This document shows, one piece after another, positions 38,886-58,572 of a stretch of 64,000 nt of DNA. Source of the DNA: the human T2T-CHM13v2.0 reference genome, Homo sapiens; NCBI RefSeq assembly GCF_009914755.1, contig NC_060928.1; one strand, written 5' to 3'. Every line of letters starts with the position of its first letter. Positions within the stretch are counted from its first letter, which is position 1. A program made the position numbers and the translations under genes. The notes under the pieces are model-generated. The model saw only the letters and a list, made by a program, of their open reading frames with translations, was not told the origin of the DNA and did not search any database.

Positions 38886-41761
38886 CCATTCTAACCCAGA
38901 ACACAGAAACACATGTATAATCAGGTCAAAGCCCAACAACTGGAAAATAGTACTTAAACTAACTCTGTGTTGTATTTTTGTATTTCTTCTTTTATTCCCT
39001 TTAAATCTATATGATTGCCAACTAAATTGATTTTATATTCTATGATTGGGGGCAACTCATAATTTGTAAAACACTGTCATAAAACCCAGTGGGGTAGAGG
39101 GTAGTGCTAAGATACCAGAAGAAGGTAGAGTTTTGCTAATAAATGTCTGGCCAACAATTATAAAGCAGACCTATGGTGCCAAAACTGCAGGAGATGGGTT
39201 TGATAAGTTGTGTACCTCTAGCAGAGAAAACATGAAATGTCTCTCATTATTGTTATAAGGCTAAAACCATTTTTGAATCATGTATTGCTCAGAGACTCAT
39301 GGAACAAATTGAAACAAGCCCCAATTAGTGCAAAAGAGTGCTAGAACAAGCTATACTTAAGTTTATGCTGTGTGTAATGATGTCCAGAAAAATCTCCCTC
39401 CACCTTTCCTTTGAGCAGGTGAAATTTGGAAGTCTTTGTAAAACTTATTTCTCTATTACTTAAACTCTCCAATATGGGCCAAGTAATACAGTTTAGCAGG
39501 TGAAAGTTTAAGTTTCACCTGATGGGAGAAGTTTTAATTTATCTCACCAGGCATTGTTATCAGGCATTTAAGGAATCTTGATTTTCTCTGAGCCTGTTTT
39601 CCCCTCCCCATCCAAGTAAGTTCAACTAAGTGAAGGGACAAAGAATACCTAGAGCAAGGCTAATCCCTGTGTGATTGCTGTACTTGCCTCTGCAGAAGTG
39701 AGAAAAACATGCTGGCTCCAGAAGATAATCTCTCATCATGTTTTCCAAAGCCATAGTCTAATCTCCATTCTTAGCTCTTCCTTCAGAAAGAAGCAGGAGA
39801 ACCTGAGATACCTCTTGCAAAAACAGCATAACTTCCCTTCGTGGCTTTGTGGAACTTATTTAATTGGCTTTGGATTCTCCATTATTGGCTGCTTATCTCT
39901 TTTAGACATGAATATGAAATTCAACCATTTTTAAAAGCAAACTTTTGGTAAATAAATCTCAAAGGATTATGCTGGTGACCTGAGTTGCTGCTACTGGAAT
40001 CATTCTTTACACCATAAAAAATTCAGTCATTTTGTAAACTTGGAAGACATGAAGGAATGTTAATGGCAACCTTCTGTGATCAGTTCTTTCTTCCATATGA
40101 TGACTATTTTGTATTTGTCTCTGATTTTTTTAAATTTATGGCCTGTATATGATGAGCATCTACTTTTGGTGGAGAATGTGTTAATTAGACTGTGATAACC
40201 ATATGCTACACCATATTCCATTTTACAAAATTTTAGTCATCAGTACTCCTTGAATGCACACAGTGCTTATCATTTTGGCTTTGCTCCAATATTCTGAGTA
40301 TTTTATTCTGTGATTTTTCTACTATAGCTGGACAGAACTTTCATATACATATAGAATCCTGCTCTCTATGGAACCCCTTGAACTTGATGAATCAAATGAT
40401 CTATGTAGCAAAGTAGATATCATGGAAGTATGGAAAGACCAAGAAAAGAGGGCATAGTAGCAAAAGGTGCAGACTTGCAGTGTAGCTATAGAAGTCTTGG
40501 CCAGGTTGATATTCAAAACAACACGAAATATTTCAATATCCAAAAACAACACAAAAAATTTGAGTACCTCTATGCTGGTTCAAAGGTATTATGTGATATA
40601 TCATTTTTCTTTTCATTAATGGGTAATAATGTCTATTATTTTAAAGATTTCATTATGTTCAGACTAGATTTTTAAAACTCTATACCTTTAAAATTATATA
40701 AAATATGTACTGTCACATATCAAAATTAATCTATTTGCTTGTTACATATTTTAAAGCAACATTTTAAATTACATACACTTAAGTTGTGATAATCACATTT
40801 AAATTTTATTCATTTAACTTGTTATATCCTGTAGAAAAGTCATTATTTTGGAAAAAAAATTAGTTCATATTAAGGAATAATTTATAAAGTTCTTTAAAAA
40901 TTATGTTTTTGAACAATATTTTATGAGTGAGTTATAATTAGAACCCCCTCCAAAAACCCTGAATCTTTGTTTGCAAATAATTTCATTTGCATTCCTCCAT
41001 ATTATTGGTTATTATCTTTGAATAATGAATAATCAAGTTATTAAATTAATTTTGTCTTTATTTTATTTTTCTATGTTTTTCACCAAGGATACCGACTTAG
41101 CTTAAACGTACAGTGTTGCTTTTAAAACTAACGAACCAAAACCCTCCAACTATTCTTTGTTGTATGTAGGGATTTTATTCCCTAATGAAATTTCTACCTT
41201 TTGATAAATATTTTTGCAAAGTAACCATCTGCATGCTACATTGAACAATTCATAATGCCTCCCCACAACAATAAATCAAGTCACAGGTGATAATGTGTGA
41301 CTTGACAGAGCATCACCCTTAATAGAATATCATAAAAGGAACTGTTTATGGCTGGAAATAAGGAAAATATAGAACCAAAAAGAACTAGGGAAATAACCAT
41401 AGGGCTAAATATATCCATTAAATTATGGGATAAACAATATTAAATTAACATTTTCAAGGCCTAATTTGATGTGTTTATTAAATCCCTTTTTGTATTCAGC
41501 AATTAAACTGGAAAACCAATTTGTGTTCCCAGCTATTGCAGTTATAATAGAAGGGCTAGTAATTAGTGAAAAGCAGAAAAGGGTGGCAAAGATGGAAAGA
41601 AAAGAGAAACTACCAAGCAAACTCTTATAAACCTCACAGCATAAAAAGAAAACATATTTGTTTTCGCAGAATTTACACCTCATTTCGTGACTTTAGATTT
41701 AGATTATTTGCATTATTTTAATGTTTTATCATCTTATTTATGCTCTTTTTAGAGTGTTTTG

Positions 41762-44806
<3,045 letters not shown>

Positions 44807-44879
44807 AGAATGTTTTGACCCTGTTGTTAAAAGTAATGTTTTCCCAGTTGTCCAGTGGACAATAAAACCAGGTCATATT

Positions 44880-45040
44880 TAACACCTACTTATACTTGGG
44901 AGCTGTGTGTCTCTGTCCCTCAGTTTTCTCATTTGCACATAGAATTTTTGTGAGATAAAAATGACTTAGGTAATGTAGGTAACTTAGTGAACTTTGAAGA
45001 TTGTCATTGAATAAACACTCTGTAAATGTTAGTTGCTTTT
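44880..45040 (+). mobile_element. MIR relic
   Basis: tctctgtccctcagttttctcatttg...tgtgagataaaa...taaatgttag. Confidence 0.6.
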
Positions 45041-47529
45041 ATGAAAATTATAATTAAAGAGACTTGTTAAAAATCACAGAACACAAACTTGGGCTCTAGT
45101 TTGAGCTCCACATTTCCTAGCAACATGACCTTCTTCACCAAGGTACATAAACTTCTTGTTTCCTAACTTTATTATCAGTAAAGCAAGGCTGATAGAACCT
45201 GTTGTCTGCCTCACAGTCATTTGGAGAAAAACCTTGTATAAGTTTTTTAATAGCTTAATTTTATAGTATCGTAAAGGAATATAGAAGAACACAAAACCAC
45301 TTTCTGAAGTCCCGTGGAGAAAAGATAACATGGAATCCTTTAAAGACTTGATTGGGAGGGAGAACATATTGGAAAGCAAAGAAGATAACATTTTTTTTAA
45401 CAGATTCTGTTCAATTGCATCTTCCTGATGATTGATCTCTGCTTTTCCGTCATTTCCCTGCCTCTTTCTGTTATCATAATTCGTTGACTGAGTGAAACTA
45501 TGTCTCTCAGGCTTATGGTATTTTTGATAAAAATTTTATTCAGTTTTATTAATGCTTTCATTCCTTTAGGCAATGCGTATTTCAAAGAAATGTAAGTGAC
45601 AATCTTTGTTATATTCAGTAATTTCATATTTCAATGTAAAGAACTTGAAGTTCCATTTCACATATGAGCTTTCTTCTAAATGTTCACATCATTTTTATTT
45701 TAAGGTGGAAGCAGTATTCTATCCAGAAACTAAACTCACTACTTATCAGCTATGTGTTGAGTATGGGGTTGTATTTACATTCATGTGTATTTTATAAATA
45801 AAGAACCACAGTAAGTCTATGAAATTTGTGTTTTCTTAGGGTCATTTTGTTAAATGTATATAATTACCCATGGTAATATTCTTGAGAATATTAGCAAGCC
45901 CTTTTCTTTGGAAATTTTGATTAAATATTTTATGTAATGAACATAAATAGAAACCTCAATGAAAAGAGGTTATTTTCATTATCACTATAGTTACTATTTT
46001 TCAATGCATTTATCTATTTTTCAAGTCACAATACTTTAAAAATTCATTGAGCCTTAGTCTGCTCTGATTGTATATACCTCGTAGTTTTATTTCTTGCTTT
46101 TTTTCTTAAAATTTGAGAATAAGGAAGCAGGAAATGCTCACAGCAGTCACCAATAATATTAAATTCCACTAGCATCTATGAGAAACACATTGTAAATCAA
46201 TTTAATCTCTACTGTAAGTTTTACTTGATATTAGGTCCAGTTAACAACTAGAAGCCTGCCACAGAGACCACATACACAGCCAGCCAGCTCTATTTATTAT
46301 TTGCTTTTGAACTGCAAGGTGGTAGGGGGCACTTCTTAAAATTTTTTCTTTGCTAACAAGTTATTCTTTGCCTTAACCCACCACCACTATGACCACCAAC
46401 ACTCAATGATTCACCCAAACTTGGGTAAATAATGATCTTACTTGTTTTTAATTAACCTTTCTTAAATATGTGTATATCTCACATTGATTGTAATGTTTGA
46501 TAATAGAAGTGTTTTGAGTCTTAATTCAGAAGTTTGCTAATGTTTTTGTGAGCAGAAATATGCCACAGGAATTTAATTCTTGTTTATATCAGTTAGCCTG
46601 TAGTAAAATTGATTTCCTTATATGTCACTTCTCTTAAAGATGCAGTTTTCAAAAACTTATCAATAACATTAAGTGAAGACTTGCTATATATGTGTCTGTG
46701 TTTGTATGCTTTTGCATGTATAAATTTGGTTTAAGGGAAAACACAAGAACTCTTTTGAGTCCTTAGAACTGGGTCCTCTCTTATTTTTCCATAATATTTT
46801 TCAGCAAATAACAAAATGTTTCTTAGTTTAAGTCAATCTAATTAATGTATTTAAACTAAATTCAAATATCTATTATATTGGATAAGAATATTGACATTGT
46901 TTTCCATTCTCAGTTTTAAACTTTTAAGTAAAATGGGTAACTTGCATTTTTTGACATTGCTTTGAAGATGCCAAAAGTGATACTGAGAGACAGTATTAGA
47001 ATATAAATGTTATATAAGAAAAATTGATTTGGAGAAATACGTTGTAATGGAATATTTGTTTTTCTAAGAAAAAGAAGTGGCACTGAAATTAGAACTATAG
47101 AGTAATTCTACTTTCTTCTTCTTTCTTTCTAGCATAGATTAATTCTGGTTTTATTAAACTTATCTTTGACAGTTGATTTCTATATGTTTATGTCCAGTTA
47201 ATGAGTAGACAGAGATTTCTATTTTGAGTTAGAGCACTGACATTTATACAATTTGGTGATTCTTCTAACCATAATTTATTTATAAAACAGAAGTGAATTT
47301 TTTTTCTAACATTATATTTTAAGGGATTTGGAAAAAAATCAAGTCATTTAATATGGGCTAATATATTTTCCATATATTATGAAAATAATGCTATGATATT
47401 TCCTTTAAATTGCATGAAAAATATAGCATATATTTTCCATTACTATATTTATTCATGAAAACATTAATAAAATGACTGGGATGTAATAGAAAAGAAAATG
47501 GGTTTGTCTTTGTCTTTAGGTATTTTCTA

Positions 47530-47930
47530 GATCTAATGAATTTAGTGGTGTGTGCAAGTCTCTGAAATCTCTTGGTCCATTTTCTCTTCCTACATAATAG
47601 GAATAGAATTTACTTTATATCTTCCGTCATGAATTATATATGATGAAACATTAAAAGACATGAGGCAGTTGTTGGCACATATTAAACATTGAATCATTGT
47701 TAATAACAATACTGGTTGTTAATGGTGCTGTTATACTGCTATCCCTTCTCTTTTTTCAACAAAAATGTGCTCTGGACTGGATATAACTGAAATTAATTGA
47801 TTAAACTGAATTAGTTCAGAATTATGATTAGAGTATGTCACAGTTTCTCTGGGTCTCTGTTTCCCTGTGATAAAAGTTGCAAACACATCTTATTCAGAAT
47901 ATTGTGAGAAAGTGCTTAGCATGATGACCT
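47530..47930 (+). mobile_element. MIR relics (probably two fragments)
   Basis: gcaagtctctgaaatctct...catttctc; tctctgggtctctgtttccc...attgtgagaaagtgcttagca. Confidence 0.45.
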
Positions 47931-48087
47931 GAAAACCTCAGCACACAGAGAGAAACTCACACATATCAGATGTTTACTTTTTTTATGTTTTAGGGAACTA
48001 ATGGTCCAAGATTAGAGGAAAAATCTGTCCTTAAGGCTCTTTTATTCTAAGGTCGTTGAATGTGGGTTTGTTGGGGGAAGAAATTCT

Positions 48088-48135
48088 ATACACACACACA
48101 CACACATACACAGACACAGACAGCCCCCCACACAC
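48088..48135. repeat. Interrupted (CA)n
   Basis: cacacacacacacacatacacagacacaga... Confidence 0.9.
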
Positions 48136-48177
48136 AATGCAAAAAAATGGATTAAAATTATTATTAAAATTAATACT

Positions 48178-48286
48178 AAATCTTTAGTATCAATTATGTG
48201 TAATGTAGAAGATGAAAGGGAAAAATTGTGTTTGGTCATTATACCATCAGATTAGCAAATTTGATGTTCCCAATATGCCTCTTTCT
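48178..48286. repeat. 109-bp inverted duplicate, left copy (partner 51317-51425)
   Basis: Reverse complement of 51317-51425 with 3 mismatches by manual alignment. Confidence 0.95.
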
Positions 48287-48335
48287 CTAGATAAGTTCTA
48301 GATATTCAGAAATCTTTGGGAAGACATTCAGAGGA

Positions 48336-50746
<2,411 letters not shown>

Positions 50747-51316
50747 ACACATTTTATTTTTTTTAAAGTGCCTCACAAACTTGTTTGTTTAGGAGTGCTT
50801 ACCCCTTTATATTGTCATAGTATTTTGAGTTTAAATTTAATTATCGTGGATTGTTCTAGGTGTACACTTGTTTCTTTCTTTTTGAAATCTTTGTTTCATT
50901 CAGACTATGCCCAAGAGTCTAGAAATCAGATTGTTACTTCTTTGAAGTCTCTAATATAAGAATAGTTCCTGCGTTTAAGATAATCAGTGTGTTTACAGTC
51001 ATCCCTCTTTACAATTCTTTTCCTTGGGTATCTAAATGTTCTGGAAAACAATGACAGACTTTCTTTCTGCCTAGTTTAATAGAAATACACAATTAGATTC
51101 CTACTTTCAGTTCAACATAGCCAGTGCAACTTAGAATCAGGGACAGAAAAGTGAAATAATTCAATATTGTTTGCTTTCATCCCGGGGCCTATCATTTTCT
51201 GAAGTTGTTCTGAGGGTATAATTTCAGTCACAGTCTCTGTCGTTAGTGATCTTTTTACTATGGATTTCCCTTGTCTATACTGTCTGGTGACATTATGAAC
51301 ATTTTAATAAAAATGT

Positions 51317-51425
51317 AGAAAGAGGCATATTGGGAACATCAAATTTGCTAACCTGATGGTATAATGACCAAACACACTCTTTCCCTTTCATCTTCTACAT
51401 TACACATAATTGATACTAAAGATTT
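51317..51425. repeat. 109-bp inverted duplicate, right copy (partner 48178-48286)
   Basis: agaaagaggcatattgggaacatc...tgatactaaagattt. Confidence 0.95.
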
Positions 51426-52064
51426 TTTTAATGAAATAAATCAGTAACAAAGTTATTTTCTTTCTTTAAAAAATTTAAACCCTTATATTCTCATGAGAGC
51501 AAAGGCCTACCTTAGTTTTTAATATTAAGATTCTATTTAAGATTTAATCAGATATTCTTTTCTTATAAAATTTTTCGTGATGTAAATCTAAGAAGGATGC
51601 TTCTAAGCCTCAATCCACTCACAAGAAATGCATTCATCTCAGATGAACAAAGATATCATACAAATATAAAAGACTGTGTATAAAAAAGGAAAATGTCAAA
51701 AATATACATTGTAAAAGGGAGATGATTTTAAATTTCACTAAAATACTAATTCTTTGCCAATTTTATTCTTCAAATGATTTATAATTAATTTACTGTAACA
51801 CAGTGCTTCATAATCAATATTTAATACATTATTATAGCAGTACAGCAACTTTTCCAAACAATTAAAGATATATTATTTATAAGTAATTTGAAAATCTATG
51901 TATATTTTAAAAATATTAAATTGAGAAATAAAACAACAATATACTTGCTTGCATGATTTTGATTATTATAATTACCTCAGTCTGAAAAATTTCTGTCTCT
52001 TGTCTTCTCTTTTAGATATGACTTGGCCAAAAAGAAAACTTGCAACTAGCGTTTTTGAATCACA

Positions 52065-52280
52065 GGTAGTGCAATGTGGCGGATAGGGACATAGCCTATA
52101 GAGTAATGCTGCATGTGTGTATAGTTGACCTCTGTCTCTTCTTATCTGTGAGATTTTTGAGTTACTTTAACTCTCTGTGCCTCAATTGCCTCAACACAGA
52201 ATGGTTAAAAATACCCCCTACACTGGGACGACCCTACAAAGATTAAATATCCCGATATATGTAAAGTCCTTACAAACCAT
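52065..52280 (+). mobile_element. MIR relic
   Basis: cttatctgtgagattt...agttactttaactctctgtgcctcaattgcctca...tatgtaaagt. Confidence 0.65.
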
Positions 52281-52859
52281 GCGTCTTCTTATCTAGGACT
52301 CACAATTTTTTAAATGGCCAACATGAACATGGGGCAATTGCATTTTACATTTGTTTCATGTAATATGAACTTATTTAATTCATGTTGGTATAGCGAGTGC
52401 AAATTCATCAGGGTATGTAGCCTATAGAACCAAATGTATTAAAAAAAAAAAAAAACTCACACCCAAAGTCTTGTTTTCTGAGTTGATATGCCTAAAAAAT
52501 AAACTAAATTATACTTTCTTTTATATTTTTGCCAAAGAAACAGAAATGCTTTGTAATTCTGTGGTGAGTTGAACTCTGGGAGTAAAAATGGGAGATGGCC
52601 ATGAAGAAAGGGAATCTCTATGTTTGAAATATCTAATTTCCAATGAATCTCCAAGCACAATGTTTGATTTCATGTAGAGAATGCGTACACTATGGCTATG
52701 TTGAAAAATGTTTACAGAATTAAAATGTTATGAATTCTAAATTTGATTTAAAATATAGCATCTGTTATTCACCCAAATCATGCATGTTATGGGGAAGAAG
52801 TCTGCCTCCAGAGAAGGTTATTTAGTCGGCTTCTCTCTTGTTCTTGCTAACTGCAGCTA

Positions 52860-52990
52860 TTTTTTTTTCTTTTTCTTTTTATTATACTATAAGTTCTAGG
52901 GTACATGTGCACAACGTGCAGGTTTGTTACATATGTATACATGTGCCATGTTGGTGTGCTGCACCCATTAACTCGTCATTTACATTAGGT
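52860..52990 (-). mobile_element. Very short L1PA4/5-like 3' end
   Basis: T tail, then attatact.taagttctagggtacatgtgcacaacgtgcagg...cattaactcgtcatttacattaggt. Confidence 0.92.
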
Positions 52991-53714
52991 TTAATTAAAG
53001 CTTCTGACCATTCCTTGGTTGGCCTGTAGGAAGAAGAATAGGAATTGAGCCAGTTAATTCCTTCCTAGCTGATACTGTCACAAACTGGTGGCACAGCTCT
53101 AGTATCAGTACTTGCTAGACTTAGGGAGTATTTCAATTTGCTCTTGTAGACATGTTTCTGCTGCACAAGCTATTCCACATTGCTGGCATTATTGATCTAC
53201 TCTTTTTTGATGGAGATAAATGCATCTCTATTTTTGCTGGTCACTCATTAAGTCACCAGCCTGTAGAATCCAGACATACCTCAGCTTCTACCTATTATGA
53301 TTTGTTCACATTGAGAAGGCTTTATTGGAGAGGTTCTAATATATACTACAATGAATATTTTTGTGTGTTATCACCTACAGCTGTTACATGGGAAAAGCTT
53401 CCCATCTTTGCTCTGAATGAAAAGGTAGGTACCTCCTAAACTACAACCCTATTTTGTTCATCTCTTATGATTTTGATTATTATCCATGACTTAGACACAC
53501 ATTTACTTTATCCTACAAGCCTCAATGTATAAGTATTGAGCTTTCAAGTGACTGCTTTCAGAACCTTCCCTTTAGTGTTGAGTATGTATCTTGACAGTGA
53601 GAAAGGTAAAATTTCACAGTACTGCTATAGCCAAAAAATTATTCAAATCTTCCCTTCATATACACTCATTCTATTGTATTATAAAAATAATTCAAGATTT
53701 TCAGAATAATATGA

Positions 53715-54420
53715 GAAGTCATCACTTTCTGTCATTTCTGCAATATCCTTATGGCCACACAAGTCAGCCCTCATAATTATGGTGGGAACTTCACAAGGCC
53801 CCTGAATACCCGGAAGCAGAAATCACTTGGGGCTGTTTCAGCAGCCGGCCAGCACAGTGTGTCCTCTGGCCACCAATGCTTCCTGTTACCCCTACATGCA
53901 AAATACACTCACCCTCCTCCTAGGCCGTGAAATGTGTCATCTTATTAAAATTATCATATCTTATTATCCAAATTAAGTTTTATGAGCAACTTCTCAAGTA
54001 GTTTCTCTCATTCTAGGTTCTGTGAGTTAAAGAAACAATTTATCTGTCTCCTATTTACATACACACAGCTAACACAGTGAGGTGGTTCTAGGATACTGCT
54101 ACACACATTCCTTTCCAAAGAAGGGTGGCTGTTGGGAAGAACACAAAAATCACTGTTTCTCAGTATTTTTGAAATTATGACAAACCAATTGAAAATTTTC
54201 TTCTTTAAGACTCAGTCATACACTTACCATGGACTGATTCTCCATGATTCTTGTCTCTGCCCTCTGGATTTATGAATTCTTTATTGCAAATACCTCAGCT
54301 GAGCATAGCTTACAGCCCACTCAGAAAGTGACTTTGTTTTTACTCTCTTTGTCTCTTTTAGTGAAAACTGGAACAGTTTATGCAAATATAATTATCTTAA
54401 AAATGTGTTCATTTATTCCT
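53715..54420 (-). mobile_element. MLT1F/G-like LTR part (to ~53856) plus MaLR internal 3' end
   Basis: ggaagcagaaatcacttggggc...agcaca joined to cctctggccaccaatg...catgcaaaatacactcaccc. Confidence 0.65.
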
Positions 54421-54537
54421 ATTGAACTCTTAAAAAATTAAATTGTATGTTTTTAAAATGCATTCTGAGAACAAACTTCTACAACTTTTGTGTGTTACAA
54501 ATATCTTCTTCAACTGCATGGCTTGCCTTTGAAATCA

Positions 54538-54665
54538 CGTATATGTATTAATTATATATTTATTTATTTATATACATAATATGCTCAATAATATATTTTA
54601 TTATATTAATTATATATACACATTTACATATGTAAAATGCATATATTAATCATAATATATATGTG
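54538..54665. repeat. AT-rich low complexity
   Basis: Degenerate (TA)n. Confidence 0.8.
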
Positions 54666-56604
54666 TTTTACTTACTTTTCTTCAATTTTTATCATGATTA
54701 ATAATTTTTAAGTTCTATTTACTAAATTTTAATCAGAGGTCAAGCTGATATTTTCTTATATACTCCACAGAGCTTATTTTATTACATAGTGCTTTTAGAA
54801 CTAAAATGTATTACAGGTCAGTGGTCTTTTTTCCGCATATGCACGCCAACTCCATAAACAGGACATGTTCCTTGAAGATTACTCTCACCAGGCAAGTCTC
54901 AGCAGAGAAAGTGGTGGGAGGGTAATCCTGAAGATTCTACAGTTCAGCTAGCTTTCAGCAAGTGATTGAGATCCCAATACCTCTATTTTCTATGAATTAC
55001 TCTTCTGAGGGCCCCCTCACCTGTCTGCCTGTGAGTAGCCTTTACAATATGTTTCCAAAAATCTTACAAAGTCTATGTCAGCGACTCTCACCTTGCAGCT
55101 CTCAACTCTTTATCCCCAGTCGTTGCGTAAAGTTTGGGGATAAGAGCTGGAGAGCTACCGTTGTGGAAAAATGGCAATTGCAGTAGGAATAAATTCCATT
55201 TTCTGTTTACTAATCCCTGAGGGTCTTCTTTAGAACTGGATACACATCATCTATTGGTGGCAGCTGTGGGTCCTGATCTCCATGGCAGAAGTTTGCTAAG
55301 CCTCAATTACATGAGTGAAAATGAAGATCCCCCTTGTCCCTGAAGGTTTGTTTATCTGTTGAGTTTTAGATCAGAATACTATGTGATGGCACATATTGAA
55401 TTCTAATGTATTATCTTTATTCCTTATGTTGAAGAATAAATTAACAAAGAAAATATTTTCAGGAAAATAATGCATTGAACTTTTGAAAAAAAAATTATCT
55501 CAAACTGCAAAATTACCTGACATTACTTTCCAACAAAATGAATGATCTACTAAAGTGTAGAATCTGTGATATAGAACTAATCTTCTAAGTGGGTGGGTAG
55601 GTAAAAAGAAAGAATAATTTCTACCAGTATGGCTCTTATTAATGTTTCAGCCCTACACACTAAGTTGAAAATTTATTCTTTATTATGTAGAGTCTTCTAT
55701 TCAAAATCATTCAGTGAATCTTTCAGTTATTAATTGCACATGGGATTTGTTTTTGTGCTATGATAACTCCTCTGGAAATGAAGTTATAACACAGGCTATG
55801 TGAAAATTTACAAGGTGCTAATGAGCTTTCTTCAAGCACTACAAATTATTTAAGTAACTTAATGCTGTTGTTATTTTTACAGTGTCAGAGGAGTTTTCAC
55901 ACTAATGTGAAGCAGCCACACAATTTATTTCTCTGTTTTCAAACTTCCAAGTATAAATTGAAAACATAAGCATAATGTCAAACAGAATGGCATTAATTTA
56001 TTTCTTTCAAATGTTTGTATGTTAAAAAGTATTTTTATTCCAGTGAAATATAATACATAATGATATAATTGATTTTGATCTTTAACAGTCTGAAATGTTT
56101 AGTACAGTATTGAGGCAGGGAATGTGTAATAGAATGTTGATATATTTTAATAAAATATTTAATTTCTATTCATTTCAGTTGGATGTACTATATTATAATT
56201 TGATCCAGGTGTATGTTTACACTAAAACCTCTCAATGATAACTGTGCTCATTCCATCACACTTGAAGGTCAATTTGATTCTTGTCTAATATGGGATGTAA
56301 ACACTGGATAAGCATAATTCTCTATTATTTTAAGGAACCTCAGAAATGGAAAGCTAAGTCTAATTTGCAGTGGTATGCAGGGCTAAGGATTCTAGAGAAA
56401 GACAGAAAATTCCAAAGGATAAGCGAAAGTTGAGTTTTGAGCTCATGTGGGTTTAGCACTAGCTTTGAGCTCTTGAGGAGATTCACTTGTATGGTTGCAA
56501 ACTTAACAGCTGAGAAAATTGGAAGGGGTGGAAAGGTGGACAAGATTTTTAAGATCTCATTTAGTAAAGATGTCACCCAGTAGAAATTTTAAAACCTGGA
56601 CACA

Positions 56605-57262
56605 CTTACTTTCTATTTCTTTAGTTACCTATGGTCAACAGCAGTCCAAAAATATTAAATGGAAATTTCCAGAAGTAAACAATTCACAAGTTTTATGTTG
56701 CACTCCATTCTAAGTACTGTGATGAAATCTCACACTGTCTCACTCATCCCTCCAGGAATGTCAGTCCTCCCTTTCTCTATCATAATCTCAGTGTATTTGC
56801 TACCTACCCGTTAGTCACTCAGTTATTAGATCAACTGACATGGTATTGCAGTATTTATGTTCAAGTAACTCTTATTTTACTTAATAATGTCCTAAAAGTG
56901 TATGCATAGTGGTGCTGACAATTCAGATATATCAAAGACAAGCCATAAAAGATTTCCTTTAAGTAAAATGGGTCATATCCCAAGGTTGCTATGATACACA
57001 GTAAGAACAACTCTTCTGTTTGTGAAATTGTGAAGAAGAAGAAATAAATTTGTGTTAGTTTTGCTGATTCACCTCAAACTGCAATAGTTATGGCCAAAGT
57101 GTATAATAAATTCCTAGTTAAAAACAAAAGGCATGGAAGGAGTGGAAGACATAAAAACAAACATATTACTATTGACAACAATTATGTTCGGTACTATCTG
57201 TGGTTTAAGGCATCCTCTGGGGGTCACAAAATTTATCCCTTTTGGATAAGGGAGGGCTACTG
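56605..57262 (+). mobile_element. MER44/Tigger7-derived DNA transposon
   Basis: ggtcaac.gcagtccaaaaatattaaatggaaa interior; right TIR ggataagggagggctactg followed by TA. Confidence 0.88.
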
Positions 57263-57359
57263 TAAAAAAAATAATAATTAGTTTAACACTGATCTTTTCA
57301 ATGACTTACTTTCTGAAGTGATTTTCTACCTATGTGGCAATATATTTAACCCTTCTGAG

Positions 57360-57560
57360 AACAAGACTTAAGATCTGCCAGATTCAGGATTTAACTCCAG
57401 GTTCAATGCTTACTAACTGCAGGGCCCTGAAAAATTTCCTCACAATCTCTAAAATTTAATTTTTTCCCCTTTGAGATGGGAAAAATAATAATGCATATTT
57501 CATCAGGTGGTTTTCAAGTTTTAAATGAGTTTAGCTGAGTGCCTGATACAGATTTCAGTT
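57360..57560 (+). mobile_element. MIR relic
   Basis: gcttactaactg...ataataatgc.tatttcat...ttaaatgag. Confidence 0.5.
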
Positions 57561-58018
57561 TCACTGAATTTTAATAGTTTATTACTTTTGCTAAATGATA
57601 TGAATGACCTAAACCAGAATATAATATCATGTGTTATAATAATAAGAATTACATAAGATGATAGAAATCATTTATTGAGATTATAATATATGCTTATATA
57701 ATTAACTCAGTCCTTTAGGTAAGTTTAATCATTTCAATAACTCTAGATAGAGATAATTAAGAGGCTGAGTAACTGGAATAAAGTCTTAAAATTAGGGAAA
57801 AATATTGTAAATTTAACCTCTAGTTAATGCGTTGAAGAGTTTTGATCCTTAAAAGTTGTCAGTGTTATCTAACATGCTTATTATTAACAAGAACATGTGC
57901 TAAGTCCTACCTTTAATTATCATTTTTAAGTCTTTAAACTACAGCTTCTTTATTTATAAGTAATGTGCATCCAGACCAGGTTTGGAGATGTTGAGCACAC
58001 TAATTGGCTTCTTATTTT

Positions 58019-58343
<325 letters not shown>

Positions 58344-58572
58344 AGATTCTTATTTTAAATCACGTTGGCAAGCATATGTGCCTTGTGCATTTCAGTTAGG
58401 GGTTTGGAAATATACCACAGAGCATCACTTTGCCTTGATATCACTGCTCTGTAAACAGATGGTAAATTCCTTACTGATTTCAATGAAGTGTATTTTTTTT
58501 TCCCAGAAACTTTGAAAATACTAAACATCCAGAAATTGTAGTCACATATACATGTAATGTTATGAAGAGAGC

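Noticed and set aside
54808-55330. GC-richer patch with AATAAA, possibly an old LTR
   Set aside because: No clear termini, TSD or recognisable consensus
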